Source of the DNA: Clostridia bacterium
GTDB taxonomy: Bacteria; Bacillota; Clostridia; Oscillospirales; CAG-272
DNA: 64,000 bases
Assembly: GCA_017467085.1 (NCBI GenBank)
Contig: JAFTSW010000053.1
Location: forward strand, 7,782 to 71,781
Reading direction: 5' to 3'
The position numbers were made by a program, and so were the translations under genes. Shown piece by piece: positions 39,024 to 45,741 of this stretch. Position 1 is the first letter of the stretch, and the number at the start of each line of letters is the position of its first letter. The notes beneath the pieces are model-generated. The model was not told the origin of the DNA. It did no database searches and saw only the letters and a list, made by a program, of their open reading frames with translations.

Positions 39024-40094
39024 ATGAAAAAACTGAATCTTGCCATTATAGGCCAGGGAAGAAGCGGAAAGAACATTCACGGCAGCTATTATCGCAGTGA
39101 AGCCAACCAATACTATACGGTCAAATACGTGGTAGAGGCGGACGAGCGGCGCAGAAAAATTGCCGAGGCGCTGTACCCCGGCTGTAAGACGCTTGCCTCC
39201 TACGAGGCGCTATTTGAGGCAGAGGATATTGACCTTGTGGTAAACGCCAGCTATTCGGAGATGCACTATCCGATAACGAAGGCGCTTTTGCTTCACGGCA
39301 AAAACGTGCTGGTGGAGAAGCCCTTTGGACGCTCTCGCTACGAGTGCGATGAGCTGATAAAGATTGCCAAGGAAAAGGGAGCCGTGCTGGCGGTGTTTCA
39401 GCAGACCTTTTTAGCGCCCTTTTATACCTTTGTGTATAACACCATCCGCCAGGGGCGCTTAGGCGAGGTCAAAGAGATAAGCATTCGGTATAATAGCCTT
39501 TCTCGCCGTTGGGACTGGCAGACCCTGCAAAAGAAATGCGCGGGCAGCGCCTACAATACAGGGCCCCACCCCATTGGAATGGCGCTGGGCTTTTTGGACT
39601 TTGACGAGAACGCAAGGGTGGTATACAGCAGGCTGGATACGGCATTGACCAGCGGCGACGCGGACGACTACGCAAAGATACTGATTGCCGCGCCTCAAGG
39701 CCCCCTGGTGGACATTGAAATCTCCTCGATAGACGCCTATTCCGATTACAATATCAAGGTACAGGGTACGCGGGGAACGCTGAAGGCAACCCCCCTCGCC
39801 TACAAGATGACCTATATTTGCGACGGGGAAAACCCCGAGCGCCCTGTTGTGGAGGGCTTCTTGCAGGATGGGGAGGGAAATCCCCTGTATTGCTCCGAGG
39901 AGCTGGTGAAGCACACGGAGGAAGAAAAATTCGGCGGCACCGCCTTTGACGTGGGGACGGCAAGCCTGTACGAGCAGCTATATTATAAAATAACGGAAGG
40001 CAAGGACATGACGGTTACCCCTGAAATGGCGGCGGCGATTATTTCGGTTATCGAAACGGTCCACGCGCAAAATCCGTTGCCCCTGCGTTATTGA
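39024..40094 (+). CDS. Gfo/Idh/MocA-family NAD(P)-dependent oxidoreductase
   Basis: MKKLNLAIIGQGRSG Rossmann start behind AGGAGAGG. EKP motif (LVEKPF). 356 aa. Confidence 0.85.
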   Translation: MKKLNLAIIGQGRSGKNIHGSYYRSEANQYYTVKYVVEADERRRKIAEALYPGCKTLASYEALFEAEDIDLVVNASYSEMHYPITKALLLHGKNVLVEKPFGRSRYECDELIKIAKEKGAVLAVFQQTFLAPFYTFVYNTIRQGRLGEVKEISIRYNSLSRRWDWQTLQKKCAGSAYNTGPHPIGMALGFLDFDENARVVYSRLDTALTSGDADDYAKILIAAPQGPLVDIEISSIDAYSDYNIKVQGTRGTLKATPLAYKMTYICDGENPERPVVEGFLQDGEGNPLYCSEELVKHTEEEKFGGTAFDVGTASLYEQLYYKITEGKDMTVTPEMAAAIISVIETVHAQNPLPLRY

Positions 40095-40132
40095 GGGCAA
40101 GGACGGCTTAAGAGAGAAAGGAAACAAGCGGT

Positions 40133-40345
40133 ATGAAAAAAATCGTCATACTGGGCTGTGAAAACTCCCACGCGGACGCCTTTTTGCGCTTCTTGCGTGA
40201 AAAGGAGGCGTTTTACGGGCTGCTGTCGGGCAAGGCGCAGACCGAAAGCTACGAGGCGTTTGCAAGCCCCGTATTCATTATGAACGCCATTGACCGTTCC
40301 TTGCGAAGCGGCAAGGAGGAGCTTGTGGGAAGGATGGAAATTTGA
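40133..40345 (+). CDS. 70-aa ORF resembling the fused N- and C-terminal ends of a Gfo/Idh/MocA oxidoreductase (possible remnant or micro-protein)
   Basis: MKKIVILGCENSHADAF looks like a Rossmann beta1 start. The C-terminal part, ending IMNAIDRSLRSGKEELV, resembles the usual family C-terminus. The stop lies 1 nt before the next ATG. Confidence 0.35.
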   Translation: MKKIVILGCENSHADAFLRFLREKEAFYGLLSGKAQTESYEAFASPVFIMNAIDRSLRSGKEELVGRMEI

Positions 40346-40346
40346 T

Positions 40347-41192
40347 ATGCGGCAGTTTAAGCTTTCTGCCTTTGCGGATGAATATGCGGATTCCTTTGAG
40401 GAGCAGCTACAGGGGCTGGGGCGGTTTGGTATCGGAAGCATTGAGGTGCGGTACCTGTTGGGAAAAAACGTGTCTCTTTTGGAGAAGGAGGAGGCAAAGG
40501 AAGCCAAGCGGCTGTTAGAACGCTACGGCGTTGGGGTGTCGGCTATTGGCTCGCCTCTTGGAAAGATAGGGTTAGACGGGGATATAGAGGCACACCTTAC
40601 CGTGGCGCGCCGTGTTTTTGAAACGGCGCGGATTCTGGAAACGCCCTTTGTGCGTATGTTCAGCTTTTATGCCCCTAAGGGGGAGAGCATCACCGACAAA
40701 AGAGAAGAGGTGCTACGGGTATTAGAGCGCTTGGTTACCCTGGCGCGGGAGTACGGCGTTGTGCTTTGTCACGAAAACGAGGCAGCCATATATGGCGACG
40801 TCCCCCTTCGCTGCAAGGAGCTTATGCGGCATTTTCACGGGGAAATGAAATGCGTGTTCGATATGGGGAACTTCGTATTGGAGGGGGTAGAGCCCTACCC
40901 CGATGCCTACACGCTTTTGCAGGAGGATATTGCCTATTTCCATATAAAGGATGCGCTTTTTGCGGGGGCAGTCGTACCGGCGGGCAAGGGCGAGGCAAGC
41001 ATAAAGGAGATACTTTCTGCCCACAGGGCATATGCCAAGGAGGACTTTTTCGTGTCCTTGGAGCCCCATCTACAAACCTTTTCGGGACTGAACGCATTAG
41101 TTGGTCGTCGCTTCCGGAACCCCTATCAGTATACAGACAAACAGGCGGCGTTTGCCGATGCGGTAACCAAATTTAAGGAGTTATTTGAATGA
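40347..41192 (+). CDS. sugar phosphate isomerase/epimerase (xylose isomerase-like TIM barrel)
   Basis: 281 aa from MRQFKLSAFADEY. LCHENE and FHIKD metal-ligand blocks typical of the AP_endonuc_2 / TIM-barrel family. Confidence 0.8.
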   Translation: MRQFKLSAFADEYADSFEEQLQGLGRFGIGSIEVRYLLGKNVSLLEKEEAKEAKRLLERYGVGVSAIGSPLGKIGLDGDIEAHLTVARRVFETARILETPFVRMFSFYAPKGESITDKREEVLRVLERLVTLAREYGVVLCHENEAAIYGDVPLRCKELMRHFHGEMKCVFDMGNFVLEGVEPYPDAYTLLQEDIAYFHIKDALFAGAVVPAGKGEASIKEILSAHRAYAKEDFFVSLEPHLQTFSGLNALVGRRFRNPYQYTDKQAAFADAVTKFKELFE

Positions 41193-41947
41193 AGAGCTTA
41201 CAAAAGGACCTTTTACGGGTGCAGATATACGAAACAAGAGGCGAAATGGGACGGGCCGCCGCCGCGGACATCAAGGCGTGTATGCTTTCACTTTTGGAAA
41301 CCCGAGATGAGCTTCGTATGATTTTTGCCGCCGCGCCCTCACAAAACGAGGTGCTGGAGGCGCTTGTCACCGACAAGGACATTCCCTGGGAGAGGGTGAA
41401 CGCCTTTCATATGGACGAATATATCGGACTTCCTGCCGATGCGCCCCAGGGCTTTGGCAATTTTCTTAAGGCGCATATCTTTGGGCTTGCGCCCTTCAAG
41501 AGCGTTTCCTATATTAACAGCACCGCCGAGGATGCCGAGGCGGAGTGCCTTCGCTATGCCGCTCTTTTGGCAGAAAAGCCTGTGGACATCGTGGTGATGG
41601 GCATCGGGGAGAATGGGCATATTGCCTTCAACGACCCGCCTGTGGCGGATTTTGAGGACAGGCAGGCGGTCAAGCCCGTGACGCTTGACGAAATCTGTCG
41701 CAACCAGCAGGTGAACGACGGCTGCTTTGCCAGCCTTGCCGAAGTGCCGAAAACGGCCATCACCCTGACCGTGCCCACGCTCTTGGCAGGGAAGCATCTT
41801 TTCTGCATCGTGCCTGCCAAGACCAAGGCAGGGGCAGTTTATGCCACCTTGACGGACGCCATTAACGAAAAATGTCCCGCTACCGTTCTGCGCCGCCACG
41901 AAAGCGCCGTTCTGTATCTGGATGCCGACAGCAGCGCGCTGCTATAA
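41189..41947 (+). CDS. glucosamine-6-phosphate deaminase / 6-phosphogluconolactonase-family protein
   Basis: FAAAPSQ, FHMDEYIGL and MGIGENGHIAFNDPP motifs of the NagB family. ATGA overlap with the upstream gene. Confidence 0.8.
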   Translation: MKSLQKDLLRVQIYETRGEMGRAAAADIKACMLSLLETRDELRMIFAAAPSQNEVLEALVTDKDIPWERVNAFHMDEYIGLPADAPQGFGNFLKAHIFGLAPFKSVSYINSTAEDAEAECLRYAALLAEKPVDIVVMGIGENGHIAFNDPPVADFEDRQAVKPVTLDEICRNQQVNDGCFASLAEVPKTAITLTVPTLLAGKHLFCIVPAKTKAGAVYATLTDAINEKCPATVLRRHESAVLYLDADSSALL

Positions 41948-41954
41948 GATTGCG

Positions 41955-43100
41955 ATGAAACGAATAAAATCCGATAAAATTATAGTAGATGACCGTATCC
42001 TTGACGGGTACGTGTATTTTGAGGGCGGCAGGATAGTGGAGCTGACCCAAAGGGAGCTACCCGTTTCCGAGGAATACGATATGACGGGCTATTACGTCAG
42101 CCCCGGCTTTGTGGATATACATACCCACGGCGGTGGCGGCTATCGGTTTGAGGGAAGCGTGGAGGAGATAATCGGCGGCTGCAATTTTCATTTGCGCCAC
42201 GGGACCACCTCTATCTGTCCCACCGTATCTGCCGCGCCCCTTGCGGATATGGCGGCATCCGTTGCCAACGTGTGGGCGGCTATACAGGACAAACGGGTTA
42301 AGGGGACGCTTATAGGCGCCCATTTAGAGGGCCCCTATCTTTCCTTCAAGCAGGCAGGCGCCCAAGCCGCCTCCTTCTTGACGCCTCCCGACGCGGCGGC
42401 GTATATGCCCTTTTTGGAAAAATATGCGCCTGCTATTGCCAGATGGACCTACGCCCCCGAAAATGATAGGGACGGGCGCTTTGTACGGGCGTTGCAAAAG
42501 CACGGCATTGTTGCCTCTATGGGGCATACCGACGGGGTGTACGAGGATGCGGTACGGGCATATGAGGGCGGGTGCGAGCTGGTTACGCATCTTTATTCCT
42601 GCACCTCTACCGTCACACGGGAGCAGGGCTTCCGGCGGCTTGGCGTGATTGAGAGCGCTTATCTTTTGGACGGAATGAAGGTTGAAATTATATGCGACGG
42701 AAAGCACTTGCCCCCGGAGCTTATCCGCCTGGTTTACAAAATAAAGGGGGCAAAGAGCATTGCCCTTGTCACCGACAGCCTTGCCCTGGCAGGGACAGAC
42801 AAGACGCACGGCTTTATGCAGGGCACCGAGTTTATCATAGAGGACGGCGTTTGCAAGCTGATGGACAGAAGCGCCTTTGCGGGAAGCATCGCAACGGCAG
42901 AGCGCCTGGTGCGTGTGGCGGTAGAGGAGGCGGGGCTTCCGCTGACCGAGGCTGTCAGTATGATGACCGCAACCCCCGCAAGCATCATGAAGCTGGCGCG
43001 CAAGGGCAGGCTTGCCCCCGATATGGATGCGGATTTCGCCATCTTTGACCCCGCCTTCACCGTGCAGGCGGTGTTTGTCGGCGGCGAGCGGCAGGTATAG
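41955..43100 (+). CDS. N-acetylglucosamine-6-phosphate deacetylase paralog
   Basis: SPGFVDIHTHGGGGY, HLEGPYL, SMGHT, VTHLYS, LVTDS blocks. Divergent from the nagA at 34850..35995. Confidence 0.8.
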   Translation: MKRIKSDKIIVDDRILDGYVYFEGGRIVELTQRELPVSEEYDMTGYYVSPGFVDIHTHGGGGYRFEGSVEEIIGGCNFHLRHGTTSICPTVSAAPLADMAASVANVWAAIQDKRVKGTLIGAHLEGPYLSFKQAGAQAASFLTPPDAAAYMPFLEKYAPAIARWTYAPENDRDGRFVRALQKHGIVASMGHTDGVYEDAVRAYEGGCELVTHLYSCTSTVTREQGFRRLGVIESAYLLDGMKVEIICDGKHLPPELIRLVYKIKGAKSIALVTDSLALAGTDKTHGFMQGTEFIIEDGVCKLMDRSAFAGSIATAERLVRVAVEEAGLPLTEAVSMMTATPASIMKLARKGRLAPDMDADFAIFDPAFTVQAVFVGGERQV

Positions 43101-43183
43101 CACCCTACAAAAATGAAAAAGAGAAAATAAATCGGCAAAACCGAAATATCCTCTCTTTTTTGTTATCTTTTGCAGCGTAGAAA

Positions 43184-43678
43184 TCAATAAAGGGAGAGCA
43201 GAATAAAATTCGCGACCATGGAGCACTGCCTAATCGTTAAAAGAAATATACCAAACCACATAAAAAGCTTGTAGCCTACCGGCTTTACGTGCTTCATCAA
43301 AAACAGATTGATGCAAGCGCTTAAACCGCTAATCGCGCCGCCTATGGCGCCACCGACAATGGGCATAATCATACAAAGCTGTGGAACATTTCCCCATACT
43401 AACACAAACACAAAAATCAAGGCAGAGCAAAGGAACTCGTACCACTTGTAAGACTCGGATAGCTGTATCACGTCCTGATCGATGTATAAGGTTGCGCCTG
43501 TTAAAAAGCTTCCTTTGATTCGGCAATCCAAATCTCCGTTTTCACTGCTTAACGTAAAGACGTTTCTCTTTTTCTTTGTCAATTTTTCTCCATTAACGGT
43601 AAGCTCGCGTTTCCCCGTCCAAAAATTTTCATTATACTCTATTTGGCCGTATCCAACGTGGTGTGTACTTGCTTTCAT
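43184..43678 (-). CDS. membrane protein: N-terminal soluble domain of about 90 aa plus three TM helices (hypothetical)
   Basis: AAGGAGG RBS. 164 aa. Last gene of the AT-rich cassette. Confidence 0.6.
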   Translation of the reverse strand: MKASTHHVGYGQIEYNENFWTGKRELTVNGEKLTKKKRNVFTLSSENGDLDCRIKGSFLTGATLYIDQDVIQLSESYKWYEFLCSALIFVFVLVWGNVPQLCMIMPIVGGAIGGAISGLSACINLFLMKHVKPVGYKLFMWFGIFLLTIRQCSMVANFILLSLY

Positions 43679-43699
43679 ATCAATAAGCCTCCTTTTTGG

Positions 43700-44407
43700 T
43701 TAATTGGCTTTTAGAAGCTTGCATTTTTGCTCTCTTTTTTTCATCAATTCAATAAGCGAGGCGGCATTTGCTTTCGCGACGTCTACGTCCTCTGCTTCGA
43801 CAGCATCAGCAAAGGCTTTGAACTGTCCTTCTATTTGAGAATCAAGCGCAGAGAGCGCATCGTTTGTCATAGAATCGCTATAACGTATTGCTTCGTACAC
43901 CTTTTTAGCTTCCTCAAAAAGCTCATCTGTTTTTGCCGCGTTCATAAGAGCTTGTGCATCAACGGTAAGGCTCTTCATGAAAAATGTTTGTGCTTTTATT
44001 TTCTCGTCTATATCGCTGACAACACCTGCGGCGGCAGTTGCTTTGAGAACGGCAACGGTCTGGAACGCAAGTGTTATTGCGCATACGATGATGCCTATCC
44101 ATTCAGGAAGCACGGGGATTACCATAAATATGCTTCCCGCAATCAGCATAGCACCAAGTCCATCGTAGCTAAGAGAAATCAGCGGAATTCTGTAAAAAAA
44201 CTTTTTGAGGTTATTTGCCTTAAATGCGAAAAACGCACAAACAAGTTGACCGACAAATGCTACCGTGATGAATATGTAGCCTATCCAAAAGGAATGGGTG
44301 AATTTGCTGGCACCACCGATTTCTTTCGGGGTAACAAAAACGATAACGTTGAAAACCGCAAGGCATAACGCCCATATTAAAGAATATATTCTGAAGCTCT
44401 TTTTCAT
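43700..44407 (-). CDS. membrane protein: four TM helices plus a helical C-terminal domain of about 100 aa (hypothetical)
   Basis: GGGAGGAA RBS. 235 aa. C-terminal amphipathic/coiled region (KVYEAIRYSDSMTNDALSALDSQIEGQF). Confidence 0.65.
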   Translation of the reverse strand: MKKSFRIYSLIWALCLAVFNVIVFVTPKEIGGASKFTHSFWIGYIFITVAFVGQLVCAFFAFKANNLKKFFYRIPLISLSYDGLGAMLIAGSIFMVIPVLPEWIGIIVCAITLAFQTVAVLKATAAAGVVSDIDEKIKAQTFFMKSLTVDAQALMNAAKTDELFEEAKKVYEAIRYSDSMTNDALSALDSQIEGQFKAFADAVEAEDVDVAKANAASLIELMKKREQKCKLLKAN

Positions 44408-44422
44408 TCGTCTTTTCCTCCC

Positions 44423-45595
44423 TTATCTCTTTGTTCCGCACTTGGGGCAGAATTGACCGGGACGTTCAAATTTGTAACCGCAGCTTGCGCAAGTGTCATT
44501 TGCCTTGGCTACTGCCGTTCCGCACGCATCGCAGAATGCCGCATTGGGAACGAGCTTTGCGCCGCAGTTGTCGCAGAAGCCGCCTTCTGCCGCGGCAGGA
44601 GCAGCGGGGGTGGTATTATGGAGCGCATCGCCTACGGCGTTGCCAACAACACCGCCTACGACACCGCCAACCCCCGCCATCGTGCCGAGCCCAACGCCCA
44701 GGTTGGTCATCTGACCGACAGCTTCGTTGGAAGCCACCTTTTCCGCAACGTCAAATCCACGCTCTTGCGCATAGGTGTATCCCTCCTGCGCGCGCTTGGT
44801 TGCCTGCGCCTGCGAATCGATAACAAGCCGTTGTGCCTCGGTTTCCGCGTCAATCACGCTAACCTGCTGACGAAGCTTTGCCTCGGCAATATCAGCATAC
44901 TGACGGAAATGGAGTTCCTTGAATTTTTCGTACTGTCTTTCACCGTCAGGCTTGACAACAGTGGTAACAAAGAACTGTTCAAGAGCAACGCCGTATTCCG
45001 CAAAATCGTTGATAAGGAGCTTTTTGATGGCATCGGAGAAAGTGGCAAGGTTCTCATCAATCTCAAAAACATTGATAGCATTCGACTTCATTACTTGCGC
45101 AATATAGGTTTTGACTCTCGTCATAAGGAATGCGCGGAAGAAGCTGACAAGCGTTTGCTGGTTGAGGAGGGTTTCCGTTCCCACCAATTTGAGAAGCATC
45201 TTTTTTGCGTTGTCAGCGCGCAGGGACAGCTCGCCCGATGCGCCTATGGAGATTGGAAATCTGTATGTGGGTTCAATATACTGTACCTTAGAATCCGTCC
45301 CCCATTTGATAGACATTTGCTCGGTCTTGTTGATAAAATAGACCTCGCAATGAAAGGGGGTTGCGTCGCCCGTGGCAAGGTTTAGCGCCTTGCCAATCAA
45401 CGGAATGTTCTGTGTTTCCAGTGTATAGCGACCGGGACCGAACGAGTCAAGCGCCTGACCGTTCAAGAAGAAGATAGCTTCCTGGCTTTCGTGAACGATA
45501 AGCTGTGTCAGAGAATTAAAATCCTCGTAAGGATGCTTCCAGATAAAGGTGCTGTTGTCACCCTCATATTTAATGATATCTGCAATTTTGGGCAT
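44423..45595 (-). CDS. SPFH/Band-7 domain protein with a C-terminal Gly-rich linker and a double zinc ribbon (COG4260 / YdjI-like)
   Basis: N-terminus MPKIADIIKYEGDNSTFIWKHPYEDFNSLTQLIVHESQEAIFFLNG. Coiled region AEAKLRQQVSVIDAETEAQRL. C-terminus CDNCG..CDACG..CASCG..CPKCG. AAGGAGG RBS. Confidence 0.8.
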   Translation of the reverse strand: MPKIADIIKYEGDNSTFIWKHPYEDFNSLTQLIVHESQEAIFFLNGQALDSFGPGRYTLETQNIPLIGKALNLATGDATPFHCEVYFINKTEQMSIKWGTDSKVQYIEPTYRFPISIGASGELSLRADNAKKMLLKLVGTETLLNQQTLVSFFRAFLMTRVKTYIAQVMKSNAINVFEIDENLATFSDAIKKLLINDFAEYGVALEQFFVTTVVKPDGERQYEKFKELHFRQYADIAEAKLRQQVSVIDAETEAQRLVIDSQAQATKRAQEGYTYAQERGFDVAEKVASNEAVGQMTNLGVGLGTMAGVGGVVGGVVGNAVGDALHNTTPAAPAAAEGGFCDNCGAKLVPNAAFCDACGTAVAKANDTCASCGYKFERPGQFCPKCGTKR

Positions 45596-45660
45596 AAGGT
45601 ACCTCCTTAATGTGTGGAAAATTTTGTTTTATAAATCCTAAAGATTGGTTTTTGCGCTTC

Positions 45661-45689
45661 ATTCTACCGTCACAAAAACGCATAAGCAA
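45661..45689 (-). promoter_or_regulatory. candidate internal sigma-A promoter for the SPFH/membrane genes
   Basis: Minus strand reads TTGCTT, 17 nt, TAGAAT, about 65 nt upstream of the SPFH ATG. Confidence 0.4.
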
Positions 45690-45735
45690 AACGGCGATAA
45701 GGATAAGAGAGAAGGTTTGTGGCTGTATCGCCGTT
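45690..45735 (-). terminator. stem-loop directly after the TIR gene
   Basis: 10-bp stem aacggcgata / tatcgccgtt with a 26-nt loop, followed on the minus strand by TTGCTT. The large loop makes it a weak terminator. Confidence 0.4.
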
Positions 45736-45741
45736 CAAATT

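Noticed and set aside
43101-43183. A left-hand att repeat of the tRNA-Leu 3' end at the cassette boundary.
   Set aside because: Only the heptamer GCAGGTA occurs, inside the nagA paralog stop region. No extended match to the tRNA 3' end was visible, so the left boundary of the island remains undefined.
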